Positions 25,746-39,600 of a DNA stretch of 64,000 nt are shown here, piece by piece (positions within the stretch are counted from its first letter, which is position 1; each line of letters starts with the position of its first letter). Origin of the DNA: Isurus oxyrinchus (Eukaryota). The notes beneath the pieces are model-generated. The model worked only from the letters and a program-made list of their open reading frames with translations, did not search any database and was not told the DNA's origin. The stretch lies in contig JANJGN010000005.1 of assembly GCA_026770705.1 (NCBI GenBank), forward strand, positions 103,726,001 to 103,790,000, read 5' to 3'. Position numbers and translations under genes: made by a program.

Positions 25746-26320
25746 AATAAAGGATACAATTCTAAAAAGGGCTGCAGGAGCTGCAGTACCTGGGGATATA
25801 TATGCACAAATCATTGAAGGTGGCAGGGCAGGTTCAGAAAATGGTCAATAAGGTGTATGGGATCCTGGGTTTTATAATTAGAAAGCAAGGAAATTATGGT
25901 AAACCTTTAGAAAACACTAGCTCGGCCTCAACTGGAGTAGTGCATCACACTTTAGGAAGGATGTGAAGACATTAGAACAGTGCTGGAGATGAAAGTCTTC
26001 ATTAAGTGGAAAGATTGATGAAGCTGAGACTTTCCCTTTAGAGAAATGAAACTTGAGAGAAGATTTGATAGGGGTGTTTAAATTCAGGAGGGGTTTGGAG
26101 AGAGTAGATGGGCAGAGACTCTTCCCATTGGCGGGGGTTGAGGACCAGAGGACATTGATGTAGGGTGAATGGCAAAAAGCAACCCCAACAGCGACGAGGA
26201 AAATTTGTAGAGTGAAGGAGAAAAAGGAGAGTGGGATAGCCGAGTACGTCTTAGAGAGTTGGCACAAACACGACAGTCTGAACAGCCTCCTTGTGCACTG
26301 TAACCATTCTATGATTCTAT
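25746..26320 (+). mobile_element. CR1 3' end
   Basis: CR1 ORF2 end; attctatgattcta tail. Confidence 0.8.
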
Positions 26321-26451
26321 AAATGGCCAGAAAGTCTATGGGCATGATGTCACTTGAGGAATAATGCTAGCCAGGGCATCAGAAGATTTCTCCTGCTCTC
26401 CAAGTAACGTTGTGGGCCTCTTACATCGACCTGAAAGCAAACTCAGTTTAC

Positions 26452-26554
26452 TCTGCTGTTTCTCTCTCCTCAGATGCTGACAGACCTGCAGAGTACTTCC
26501 AACATTTTGTGTTTTTAAATGCAGATTTTCAGCATCCGCAGTACTTTCTTTTGT
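26452..26554 (+). mobile_element. Short PLE terminal module
   Basis: ctcagtttac duplicated at 26442-26451 and 26555-26564 (TSD); cagatgctgacagacctg...cagcatccgcagtac body. Confidence 0.75.
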
Positions 26555-26564
26555 CTCAGTTTAC

Positions 26565-28080
26565 ATAGAAACTAGGAGCAGGAGTAGGCCATTCAGCCCT
26601 TCAAGCCTGTTCCGCCATTCATTATGATCATGGCTGATCATCCAACTCAATAGCCTGCTCCCACTTTCTCCCCAGATCTTTTGATCCCTTTCGCCCCTAA
26701 CTCCTTCTTGAAAACATACGATGTTTTGGTCTCAACTACTTTCTGTGGTAATGAATTCCACAGGCTCACCACTCTCTGGGTGAAGAAATTTCTCCTCATC
26801 TCAGTCCTAAATGGTCTACCCATATCCGCAGACTGTGACCCCTGGTTCCGGATTCCCCCACCATCAGTAACATCCTTCCTGCATCTACCCTGTCTAGTCC
26901 TGTTAGAATTTTATAGGTTTCTATGAGATCCCCCTCATTCTTCTGAATTCCAGCGAATATAATCCTAATCGACTCAATCTCTCGTCATATGTCAGTCCCA
27001 CCATTCCAGGAATCGTCAGGTGAACATTTGCTGCACTCCCTCTATAGCAAGTACATCCTTCCTCAGATAAGACGACCAAAATTGCACACAATATTCCAGG
27101 TGTGGTCTCACCAAGGCCCTGTACATTTACAGCAAGACATCCCTGTTCCCGTACTCGAATCCTATGGCTATGAAGGCCAACATACCATGTGCCTTCTTTA
27201 CCACCTGCTGCACCTGCATGCTTACCTTCAGCAACTGATGTGCAAGGACACCCAGGTCTCTGTTGCACATTCCCCTCTCTCAATTTATAACCATTCAGAT
27301 AATAATCTGCCTTCCTGTTTTTGCCACCAAAATGGATAACCTCACATTTATCCACACTATACTGCATCTGCCATGCATTTACCCACTCACTCAGCCTGTC
27401 CAAATCACACTGAAGTATCTCTGCATCCTCCTCACAGCTCACCCTCCCACCCACTGTGTGTCATCTGTAAATTTGGAGATATTACATTTAGTTCCCTCAT
27501 CTAAATCATTAATATATATTGTGAATAACTGGGGTCCCAGCACCAATCCTTGCAGTACCCCACTAGTCACTGCCTGCCATTCAAAAAAGACCCGTTTATT
27601 CCAACTCTTTGTTTCCTGTCTACTAACCAGTTTTCTATCCATCTCAATACAGGACCCCCAATCCCATGCACTTTAATTTTACACACCAATCTCTTAGGTC
27701 GGACTTTGTCAAAAGCCTTCTGAAAATCCAATTAAAACACATCCACTGGCTCCCCCTCATCGACTCTACTAGTTACATCCTCGAAAAATTCCAGTAGATT
27801 TGTCAAGCATGATTTCCCTTTTGTAAACCCATGCTGACTCTGTCCGATTCTGCCACTGTTTTCCACGTGCTCAGTTATTAAATCTTTTATAAGGGACTCT
27901 AGAATTTTCCCCATTACCAACGTCAGGCTGACTGGTCTATAATTCCCTGTTTTCTCTCTGCCTCCCTTTTTAAATAGTGAGGTAACATCAGCTACCCTCC
28001 AATCTGTAGGGACTGTTCCAAAGTCTATAGAATCTTGGAAGATGACTACCAATGCATCCACTTGACCACCAATGCATCCA
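26565..28080 (-). mobile_element. Relatively young CR1 3' portion (RT)
   Basis: NYRPVSLT, QHGFTKGKSCLTNLLEFFE, KFTDDT and WQMQYSVDKCEVIHFG in consecutive frameshifted ORFs. Confidence 0.92.
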
Positions 28081-29593
28081 TTAGAATCTCATCTGAAAAA
28101 TGACACCTTCAATTGAGCTATAACCCCTCAATACTGCATTGTAGAACCAGCCTAGAATAAGCACTCAAGTGTTAACACAGTAGGGTTTGAACCCACCACT
28201 TACTGGCACAGGTAAAATTGTTACCACTGAGCCAAGGCTGACATCTGAAAATGGCATCGAGCTAAAGACCTTCGCAACCTAGTTTTGTCAATCCCTCCAG
28301 CCTATACACTCACCTACACAGCAACCAACAGGCAGGTGCTTTTCAACTCCTAAAAAAGGTGAAGAAAAGTTACTAAAATTTCTGAGAATGATTGCTCATC
28401 ATTCATTAAAAATTCCCATTCAAAGCTAATCAAATTCATGAGTTCACCTTTGAGAACGCAGAACTGCACATCAAAACGTGTTATTCCAACTTTGTATAGA
28501 TCACTAGTGAAGGTCCATTTAAAACACTGCAACTTTGGGCATCCTACCTTGAAAAAGGACACTGGTATGCAGCAGAAAGTTGAGAGCAGAGTGGCAATGA
28601 TTCCATATCTTGGAGCTCTAACACATTAGGAGAGACTTGCAGAGCTGAAAAGAACAAGTTTGGGGGAGTATATGATCCAACTCAAGCCCAGAGGCAATTA
28701 ACTCTTTTCAAAAGGTATTAGATGAAGAAGTGCAACTTGGAATGAGGTTAGAGTTAAAAAGCTAAGTATGAGATAATCAAATGTTTCACCAGATGTAATA
28801 ATTTTTAAGCTGTTTTAGGGGAGAATCAGGCAAGGTTAAAAAAAATTGAAATATATGAGGATGAATGAATATTTTGAATGCAGTAGAGTAACTAATGAGA
28901 ACTTATGAGAAAGTTCTGCATAAGATTAGTGTGTATGATATACCGTACACTGAGTTGATTTTTTTAATGGACAATGCGCCAAGTGTTTTTTGTCACTTCA
29001 TGCCTAGTGAACAATTGGCACGCTACAGGTGGTAGTATTGTACTTCATCTCAAGAAAATGTTGCGTAATGCACTAATTCACTTTCACTGCATTTTTAAAA
29101 AACATTTGCAATGATCAAAATATGAAGCTAGAACAAATTCTGCCGTGACAACCTAACTAGAAAAATGGAACCACACCTTCTCAGCAATGATTACCCTGTA
29201 CAAACAAATGTATTTTTAGTTTGACAATCCAAATGATCTAAGAGTACATTCATGCAGAGTTAGGAGCAAAATCTACCTGGTCAAGAACCTTGTTAGTCCA
29301 GGATTTTTTTTCCACCAGTACAAAAACGTTAACACTGCTAAACAGCACAACTAGAGCAATAAGAAAAACTTACAAATAAAAGTAGCACATTTTCCAGTTG
29401 CTTAACAAAACACAAATGCTAACATGTCAACTCAAAGAGCACATCAGACCAGGAGCTTACGAGCTGCTTAAACAGAGGGGAAAAAACACAGCAACAGAAA
29501 AAAAAGTTGCATGCAAGCACATAAATTCAACTGCTATGAACATCCAACACTAACGATAATAGAGCTCAACAACATGCCATTCACAGAGGTTAC

Positions 29594-29660
29594 CAGTGTC
29601 AAAGTCTTCGCTAGGAAAGCTCACAGTTCCAGTTGAACTTGCAGTGTTGATGCACAGCTT
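29594..29660 (-). CDS. Candidate cassette exon (KLCINTASSTGTVSFPSEDFDT)
   Basis: cttccatcttggcacag| acceptor and ctg|gtaacc donor; one open frame; TE-free flanks with TGCATG motifs downstream. Confidence 0.35.
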
Positions 29661-30673
29661 CTGTGCCAAGATGGAAGAATTAATAGTTAAAAAGCAGTAA
29701 ACTTGTCAACTGTTTACAGTATTAGGCTAAATTATGACAGACCATCTGAATTTTTGTCAGTGTTTAAATGTTCATTGCTAAGAGCCAAGAACAAAACAAA
29801 ATAATTTAGAAGGCACTTGTTTTGCAGAATATTTAGCTGTCAGCGTTAATTATTAAAAGTTGATTTCTCCCATACAATGAAGTCATCCAATTAGAAAGCT
29901 GAATACTGCACCCTCACCACTAAATACAATTTTTAATTCATGAGCATAAGGAAATGCAGTGTTCAACTCATTAATCGTCACAAAGGACATCAACCTTCAA
30001 CATACAAGTTCAGATGTTGGTGAATCCACAACTATTGAGGAATTGGATGAACGCTTTTCTAATGGAATATGATTACAAAAAGATTAAAATCACTGAATAA
30101 TGTGTGCATGTCAGACTATTCAGATGCTCAAAGGCAGCAAAAATTGGATAGTACATCACAGGGCAAGTTAGGGACGTTGGTTGAATAGTCAGATGGGTGC
30201 CAGTGTGACAGAAAGTTGCTTGGCAATAAGATTTCATAAATGATACCTAATAGAAAATGTCTCAGCAACTAAACTGCCAGCAACAAACATCCATACAGCC
30301 AAAAGGGTTCTGTTCAGTGTTTTTAACATCAATATTTTTAGGAAAGGGGAAAACAAGTTTCAAAGTGGATGCTTTGCCATTAAGAATGCTCTATTTAAAC
30401 TATTGACAGGTTTTATCAACAAGCTTTTCAACAGGTTATGAAAAGAGAAAGAATATATGATTAAAATTAAAAGTGACTTCATTAAAATAAACATTAAGAT
30501 GTGTGTTTAACAAGTGACCTGCAGTCCAGTGCAATAAAACTTAACTGCTAGATTCCTGCCTAATTCCAGCATCAGTACAAGCGACAGAAACCAGGAAACT
30601 ATAGGACAGTTAGCCTAACATTTGCCATTGAAAAAAATTCTGTAATCCATTATCAAGGAAGTAGTAGCTGGAC

Positions 30674-30980
30674 GGGAGGTCTTGTGGCACAGCAGGTAGC
30701 GTCCCTACCTCTGAACCAGAAGATCCGGGTTAGAGACCCACCAAGGGCTTGATGGTCATGGAAGGTACATTCGTGACAAGGCCAAACAGGTTTGTCAACC
30801 TATAAATCCTTCCGATACTCTTATGGCAAGCATCAAGAGGGGGAAGAGTCTCCAGGTCAGCTAGAACCTGCAGAAGGCAACGACAAACCACTGCAGTACC
30901 TTGTCAAGCATAACCATAGACCAACATATAGAAGTCTGGGGTCATCAATGTCCTCTTAGGGCATGGTACCTGAAAAGGGA
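30674..30980 (+). mobile_element. tRNA-headed SINE with RTE/BovB-like internal motif
   Basis: Head gtggcacagcagg...gggttagagaccc; motif gaaggcaacgacaaaccactgcagtaccttg; imperfect TSD gtagctggac / gtaactgcac. Confidence 0.6.
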
Positions 30981-31254
30981 GTAACTGCACAGATGGTCTG
31001 CGTATGGAACTTCTGGCTTAAGACCAATGAAGAGGTCTTTGAATTGCAAGAAAATAAAGAACTCTTAAAAAAAAATGACAGAAAAGAAATATGTCAGTAT
31101 TTCGGCCATTTAGTCAGAGCTGGAAAACTAGAGATCTCTTCTACAGTGAACAGTGAAGAGCAAGAGGGAAAGGGGGTTCACCTAGGTGTAGTTGGATGAT
31201 GGATACACAAGAGTGGTTGCAGAGAAGCTACTGTGGATGTGTGAGGTTGGCTGA

Positions 31255-32795
31255 TCCTGGGATAAAAGTGTCATTATACGAGGAAGGATTCATCAGGTTG
31301 GGTCTATACTCACTGAAGTTTAGAAGACTGAGAGGTGACCTTATTAAAATATAAGATACTGAGGGGGCTTGACAGGGTAGATGCTCAGAGAACATTTCCC
31401 TAGTGTGGAATCTAGAACTAGGGGACAAAGTTTCAAAATAAGGGGTTGCCCGTTTAAGATGGAGATAAGGAAGAATTTCTCAGGGTTGGGAATCTTTGAA
31501 ATTCTCTAACCCAGAGTTATGAAAGACAAGTCAATGAATTTTTTTTTATTCATTCATGAGATGAGGGCATAACTGGCTAGACCAGCATTTATTACCCATT
31601 CCAAATTGACCTCGAGAAGGCACTGGGGAGCTGCCTTCTTCAACCACTGGAATCTATATGGTTTAGGTACACCCACAGTGCTGTTAAGGAGAGAGTTCCA
31701 GGGTTTTGACCCAGCAACAGTGAAGGAACGGCTATATATTTCCAAGTCAGGTTGGTGAATGGCTTGGAGGGGAACTTGCAGGTGGCAGTGTCCTCATGTG
31801 TCTGCTGCCCTTGTCCTTCTAAGATGGGGTGGTCGTGGGTTTGGAAGGTGCTGTCTAAGGAAGCTTGGTGAGGTTGTTCCTGCAGTGCATCTTGTAGATG
31901 GTAATCACTGCTGCTACTGTGTCAGTGATGGAGCTCGTGAATGTTTGTGGATGGAATGCCAATCAAATGGGCTGCTTTATCCTGGATGGTGTGAAGTTTC
32001 TGGAGTGCTGATGGAGCTGCACTCATCCAGGCAAGTGGGGAGCATTCCATCACGCTCCTGACTTGTGCGTTGTAGATGGTGGACAGACTTTGGGGAGTCA
32101 GGAGATGGGTTACTCGCTGTAGGATTCCTCGCCTCTGACCTGCTCTTGTAGCCACAGTATTTTATGGCTAGTTCAGTTCAGTTTCTGGTCAATTGTAACC
32201 CCAGGATGTTGATAGTGGAAGATTCAGTGATGGTATGCCACTGAACATCAAGGGGCAATGGTTAGATTATCTCTTGTTGGAGATGGTCATTGCCTGGCAC
32301 TAGTATGGCATGAATGCTACTTGCCACTTGTCAGCCCAAGCCTGGATATTGTCCAGGTCTTGCTGCATTTGGACATGGACTGCTTCAGATTTGAGGAGTT
32401 ACGAATGGTGCTGAACATTGTGCAATCATAAGGTCAGAAGTGGGGATGTTCACTTATGATGGAAGGAAGGTCATTGATGAAGCAATAGAAGATGGTTGAG
32501 CCTAGGGCACTGCCTGAGGAACTCCTGCAGTGATGTCCTGGAGCTGAGATGATTGACCTCCAACAACCACAACTATCTTCCTTTGTGCTAGCTATGACTC
32601 CAACCAACAGAGAGTTTTTCCCCGATTCCCATTTACACCCAATATATTAAAGGCTGAAATAGACAAGGGTTATGGGGAATAGGCAGGAAAGTGAAGTTGA
32701 GGCCAAGATCACATCAGCCATGATTTTATTTAATGGTGCAGCAGGCTTGAGGGGCTATGTAGCCTATTCTTGCTCCTATTCCTTATATTCATATG
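31255..32795 (+). mobile_element. CR1 3' end interrupted by an antisense second-family LINE
   Basis: CR1 sequence resumes at about 32640 (aatatattaaaggctgaaatagac). Confidence 0.75.
31545..32635 (-). mobile_element. Second CR1-like LINE family, 3' about 1.1 kb
   Basis: QVRSVMECSPLAWMSAAPSALQKLHTIQDKAAHLIG. Confidence 0.85.
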
Positions 32796-33508
32796 CTGAC
32801 AAAAAATTGCTCACAAAAAAAAAAATCACTCTGTACTCAGCTCTTGGTTAAATGGAAACATTCACTTTGAAGCTTTTCTTTCTCTGAACGGACTGACAGT
32901 AATTCCTGCCAGAAACCAGTAGTGGACTGGTGGTTAAACAAGAAGTCATTCAGAGCCTGGCATTTCCCTTTAATCATCTTCGCATTAAGGTATGAGGTTT
33001 AATCAGGAAAATAGTTCCTTCAAGTATATTTCTGCTAGTCATATCTACCAAGATTTTAATATTTGTGGAACTGATGCAGAAATAAAGAAAATGAAGGTCA
33101 AAGTAATAGTATGCTTAAAAAAATGCACATTGATTTTGCTTTAGCAGATTAAACAAGGAGAAAAATACTCTCTTAATACTGAAAGTTTGCAGCCAGTTAT
33201 TTTTCAACTTTCAATATAAAGAAATCTAATCTCTAGCGGCATCAAGAAAATTTAACTGGATTCAAATGAGTTATGATATTTTTATCTGTAGATTGCACAA
33301 AACATTTAGGCTCACGCGACAATCTCTTAATTTTAGAGCCGTTTTCACATTTCGGCTCAGGAGGCAAGCAAATTAAACCACTTTCATTTTGTTGTGCAAT
33401 ATATAGTCCAATATCATATGCTTCTGTGAGCAGGTCACAATACTGTAGCCAATGTACATACATTGAACAGTAGAATCATGATTATTACAAATCTGGTCTG
33501 CCATCATT

Positions 33509-34225
33509 GACCCAGATCTTAGTCTCTGAATCATTGGACCCCTCAGATGTCCTGACACAATGACTACATGGGAATTGCTCAGAAAGTCTGAACTTCTAAT
33601 GGACAATTCCCCTGCTCCCTGGAAGCCTCTGAAAAGTTCCAACTCAAGAGTTACAGTCAGAGACTTCGAACAGTTACAACTTACTTACCAGAGAAGTTAC
33701 CCAAGAAATGTTAAGACAGGAGAAAAAAATCCTAGCCAAACGCCTGGGTAACTATACATCTGATCCCCCCAATCACTCACACTGTGCCCTCTCCAATAAA
33801 TACCACCCCTGATCCCCCACCCCACCCGCAAACAAGTTATCCCCCTCAAGCCCTGAGCTGACCAGCCCCCGCCATCCAACTCCCTCCAAACCGTTACCTG
33901 ACGCAATTTCCCTCCTCACCCAGCTGCCACTCCACCCCTTCACCAACTGACCTGATGTACCCCCTTAACTTCTCTCCGTAGCTGTTTTCAAAGCAGATTT
34001 GAGACATTTAAACTCATTACTCACCAAAATACAGCAGCTAGAGCCGTAAAAAGTGGCATGGCTTCTGCTCGGATTCTCTGCACTGCTTCCTTGAGGTTTG
34101 CTGCACTGAGTCAACATGAAGGATCCTCCATCAGAAGATCAGTCAGAGAAAACAGTGGAAGCATGCACTTTTGTCTGGTCAGGGTCGGAAACAGGCTTTC
34201 CAATCCCGATCAGAAGATCTGGGCC
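33509..34225. mobile_element. Harbinger-type MITE
   Basis: TIR gacccagatctt / aagatctgggcc; interior similar in reverse orientation to 61920-62200. Confidence 0.6.
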
Positions 34226-35569
34226 GATTGCTTCTCAGTTTCAGTGACATCGGTCAATTCCATATTCAGAGCTGACTCAATTTGCGCAATATTAAATCAT
34301 AGTACAACCAAGAGCGTGTAATATGTTGCCCCCTTGATACACAAACAGAATATCAAGTCTTTAATACACTTTCACGTGATCCTCCAATTTTTCTAGCTTG
34401 TGGATATTTGCCTTTTAGTGAGATAAGCTATACAATGGCCCGCCTGCTTGTCTTTCACCCCGACCTGGGCTTGCATCTAGCCAAAACTCTTGAAATGTAA
34501 AGTTGCCCCACTGCTTGTTATGGTGGGGGGGAGAGGAGACATTGGACACTCTCATCCAATTCTACTGAGCACTGTTTAAAGCCCACATCACAAAACTACC
34601 CAGATTTTAGACTCACAAGAAGCTGATGGACTACAAATCAATTGAGAGGGTCAGAAAATACTATATTTGTGCAACAGTTTGGTGCTTTTCCGGGATTAAG
34701 ATCAGGTGGGGGGGGTACGGTTTGCTCAGACCAACTTATCCATGCCATGAACTGGGAGTGCTTGATACAGACGACACCTCAAGCAAATATTTCATTTCCC
34801 TATAGGAACTCATTCAAAAATAAAAGTCTCCAAAACAAGATATGCCCAAAGGTTTCTGCAAAACATTAAAAGAAAATACCTAACTCTTAAAAGACTTACA
34901 CATCCTAGAGAAAAAAAATTACAACTGGCAAGACACTAAACACAACCAAATTCCTAATCTCAATTAATATTTCCCATCTTTCTGAAAGAAACTACAAGGG
35001 CCAATTAACTTTTACCCCTACCTTTCTAGTTTGAGATTGTAAAAAGTCAGCTGTGCCAAACAACGCTCAGTGGTATCAAGAGAAAAGCAGGCACTTTATA
35101 GACAAAATGGGATTGACAGATGTTTAAAAAGTACAAGTTACATAACATTGACGTTGAAGGAATTGCTGGTAGGCTTAACCATAACATTACAAGCTAAAGG
35201 ATTTTTAAAAGCAACTTTATAAATTATGATTTTTTGAAAAAGAGAATATATGTAGCATTAGAAATTCATGTTCAATCACTTGGTTATGAATTCAAAATGA
35301 CAGTTCAGCAATAAGTTATACTGATCAGTTAAGGTCTGTACCTCACCAAAACTGGAGATCTTAGTTATGTGACAGTTCCTTTGGTTGGAAAAGCCAGGCT
35401 TGAAAACTTTGGAATAGAAATCACCTGTACTGTGTTATATTGGAAATAATTATTTGGCATGAGTCGGTGATTAGTTGGGAGGCAGGAGACAAAGAGGAGA
35501 GATAAAGGGACTGGTGGCAGCATGTGACATATTCCTTGTGGATCTGTACTGGGGTCTCAGCTTTCCACC

Positions 35570-36635
35570 ATCTATATTAGAGAGAGCGCAAAGGAAATTT
35601 ATTAGAATGATACCAGGACTAAGAACAGAAGAGCATAAGAAATATGTTTTTATAGCTATGTGAGGAGACGAGATAAACTGGAATTGCTCCCTTAGAACAG
35701 AGAAGGTTAAGGGGAGATTTAAAAGAAGTGTTCAAAATTAATTCAGAGTTCCAACGAGGATAGATTGAGAGAAACTGTTTCCACTGGCAGAAGGCTCAAT
35801 AACCAAAGGATTGTGATTCAAAATAATTGGCAAAAGAGCCAGAATTTATGTTATTTATTAATTATTTATTTACGGGATGTGGGAGTCACTGGTTAGGCCA
35901 GCATTTATTGCCCATTCCCAGTTGCCCTTGGGAAGGTGGTGGTGAGCTGCCTTCTTGAACCACTGCAGTCCATGTGGTGTAGGTACACCCAGTGCTGTTA
36001 GGGAGGGAATTCCAGGATTTTAACCCAGCAACAGTGAAGGAATAGCAATATATTTCCAAGTCAGGAATGGTGAATGGCTTGGAGCAGAACTTCTAGGTGG
36101 TAGTGTTCCCATATATCTGCTGCCCTTGTCCTTCTAGATGTTATGGTCGCAGGTTTGGAAGATGCTGTCTAAGGATTCTTGGTGAGTTTCTGCAATGCAG
36201 CTTGTAGATGGTACATGTTGCTGTCACTGCTCATCTGTGATGGAGGGAATGAATGTTTGTGGAAGGGGTACCAATCAAGCGGGCTGCTTTGTACTGGATG
36301 GTGTCAAGCTCAATTGTTGTAGGAGTTGCACTCTTCCAGGCAAGTGGGGATTATTCTATCACAGTCCTGACTTGTGCCTTGTAGATGGTGGACAGGCTTT
36401 GGGGGAGTCAAGAGGTGAGTTACTCGCCGTATCAGAAAATTTTTGTTATGATCTGGAATGTGCTACTGGACATGATGATAGAAGCCAATTCAAAAGTTTT
36501 CCAAAGGGAATAGGATGTACTAAAGAAGCAATCTGCAGGACTACAGGGAAAGAGCAGGGAAGTGACACTAATTGAATAACCTTTTCAAAGAGCTGACATA
36601 GGCAGAATGGGCTGATTGGCAAAGATACTATGATT
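35570..36635 (+). mobile_element. CR1 3' end with a nested antisense second-family LINE (35860-36430)
   Basis: LERAQRKFIRMIPGL; the CR1 resumes near 36435. Confidence 0.75.
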
Positions 36636-39600
36636 TTAATACTTGGGGAAGAAGAAGAAAGTGGGACACATTCTCAGGGCGGTAGAGGAAGACAGGACTG
36701 ACCAATGCAGGGAGCTATACCAAGGTCATGAGACCACTGGTATTGAATAGAGGTGGTCAAGCAAATATTTTTAAATTAAGGATTTTTGATAGAATGAATA
36801 GGGAAAGACTTTCTTTGCATTGTGGAAGTCAGTGAAGGGAGTCACCGATTTCAAACCGTTACCAAGGGTTATGGGGACAGAAAGGAAAGTGAAATGAGAC
36901 CACCAGATCAGCCATGATCTAACTGAATGGTGGAGCAGGTTCAAAAGGCCAAATGGCCTACTACTGCTCCTAAGTCCTATGTTCCTATGGGGGTGGGGGG
37001 AGGCTAAGAAAGGCCATTGTATCTTTTAAAGAAAATCTGGATAAATATTTGAAGTAGAGGACTGTGAGGAAAGAGCAATATGCAGGAACTAGTTTTAGGG
37101 TGCTCTTATAAAGAGCAAACACTGGTGCATTGAGTTGAATGGTATCCTTTAGCAATTGTAAATTTCTACAATTCGATGATGCTAATATGAAGCAATGTGG
37201 AAATTTAGGTACAAAGGTCAACTGACCAACCAAGAAGCACTTTACCTACCTCTGCAGGGAATATGAATAGAACCTTATTAAAGCACAATTCTGTATCAAA
37301 AAGAGGCTAGCTGAGACAATACTCAAGTGGCAAATTGAAATCTTTCGACCATTTCTATGTACCACATCTGACCGTACAATTTCAATATAAAAGTTTGTTC
37401 TTTTGTTAATCACTTAATTTAAATTTGGGTATATTTTTCCAATTCCTTTTCCAAAATGGGTCATGTCCTTACAAAAAGGAGACATTTGTTTACCTTCCCA
37501 CCAGTTTTGGGCCTGCTTAAATCAGAACAAGATTCAACATTTCTTAAAAGCAGGAGTGGAGGAGTGTGGGGGGGGGGGGGGTAACAGGAATAGGAACAAG
37601 GAAAAACGATGAAACGCAGCTGGTCAGCACATTCAATTTAACTAAAACCAAGTGACTATGCATTTCACATATTCCCTGGCTTCACTTTGCCTTTCAACTG
37701 ATTATACAGGCATACCTCTGAACAAATTAAGAACATTTTTCTTATCTTTCCCAAATGACTAGCTGTGAGAAAATCTCAATATTAATGTGAAAATGAACAT
37801 CCTAAATCAGTCCTTCCTCTATCTTTGCTGATGGACTGCTGTATATATCCAGCATTTTCTTATTTCAGAATTTTGTATTCTCAGTGAAGTCCTTTACAAT
37901 AAGATAACTTCAGTTCTGATATGCAGTCCAGATGGAATGATTTAATATACAACCCTGGAAGATATTCGGATATGGAACAGGAATAAACTTATTTCACAAA
38001 CTACCTAAAAAGCCATGGAAGTTATTACCTTCATTAGTCAGGAACAGCTCATTATTATATACTATCCTGCCCCATATTGGTAAGTGACTTGATGACCCAA
38101 TTGAATTCTCCACACAGCAAACCAATAGCTATCATGTTCACAGTGTATATTCCTACTATAACACAGAATTGAACATTAATGAAGTAGGATCTACAATAAC
38201 ACACTAAAATAATGCACATCATTCCAATTTTGAAAAAAGATAATTTACTATTGCTTTTTACTTACAAGCCAATTTAAATATGTATAGTTCCTATGGCAGT
38301 TTGTATTGTTAAAAAAGGAAAATTCATGAAAGTTTAACTAATGCCACAGTAATCAAGTGGCCAACTCCATAAATAACTGAAATAGTTGCCACCATGTATT
38401 TGACAAGGAAATCATCTCTCAAATGATGCACGTTTTCCTTCAGCTATTGTTTCTATTAGCTTGAAACCAGGGACAATTTTTTTTCCACAAACTGCTTAAA
38501 TATAAAAGAAAAATGTTCAAAAATATTTGTCCTGGGGAACCAGCCCAGAAACATGATCACAGGGATTCCATTCATGAACTGACTGGAAGCAGCAGGTAAG
38601 ATGTTGCTCCAATGCATAAATATTATAATTTATAGTGCACAATTCTCAGCATTACATATTTGTCCCAATGCATAGGAAAATTGTCAGTTAAACGCTTCAG
38701 ACATCCAGAAAACACATCATCTCAACTCCAGGGTGAGTTATTAGCTTGAACATAGGCAAACTACATGCTGTGTGTAATACGTAGTCATTGCTTTTTATTG
38801 CTTTTTGCCTATGTAACATTATAGCACAGAAAAAAGTCAACCCCTTACGCTATGCCATGTAATCAGGCTAGATACAGTACACAAATTTACTTTACTACTA
38901 CTACTATCTATTCCACATTAGATTGAGCAAGAATAATGCTCTAATTTGTACCTGTAGGTGTGGAAATTAATTCTCAACGAAAGAACCACCAGTTTTAACC
39001 TGTTTAAGAAACTAATAAGAAAGACTCCTATACTTGTCAAATTAAAAGGGAAAGACATGATGCCCTTCACCCCAGGCTCAAATTTTGACGCACAAAGTTG
39101 GGAAGTTCTACCATGCTAACTGCATTAAACCAGACTCTGTTCGATAGTGTTCACAAATTGGCAAATATGTCACAGTTCCCAACACTAAAGTCCTTCATTT
39201 TGAAGGATATTCAAAAGGCAAGTTTTTAAAAAAAGGAGAAACTTCTTCTTTAACCAGAGTTTTATGGAACAATAGTGGTATTATATTCAGTATGTGTCTT
39301 CATCTATTTCACTTTTATCATACACCCAAATTTTTACCTTACAAAATTCAATTTCATTTAAGTTTGTAAAGTGAGCCACAAAGCTAATCAACTTCTATTC
39401 TCCAGGTAGCATTCCTGATTATTGGAGGGTTGCTGAATCATGGCTTATGCCATGGTTTTACTACGGGGCAGGGCAAGAAAGCAGGCCCCAAGGCTACCTC
39501 AACCGGATCAGAGATCAAACCCCACACTGTTGGCATTTTTCTGAACCACACACTAGCTCACTAATCTAACCAGCACCCCTCAAAGCTAGCCTACAGAAGG

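Larger units (their letters stand above)
25610..28245 (-). mobile_element. DeuSINE split into three pieces by nested insertions
   Basis: Tail 25610-25745, middle 26320-26451 and head 28081-28245 are colinear with the SINE at 11392. Confidence 0.6.

Noticed and set aside
33242-33473. Overlapping 73-aa and 66-aa ORFs
   Set aside because: No splice signals or recognisable motifs; consistent with chance
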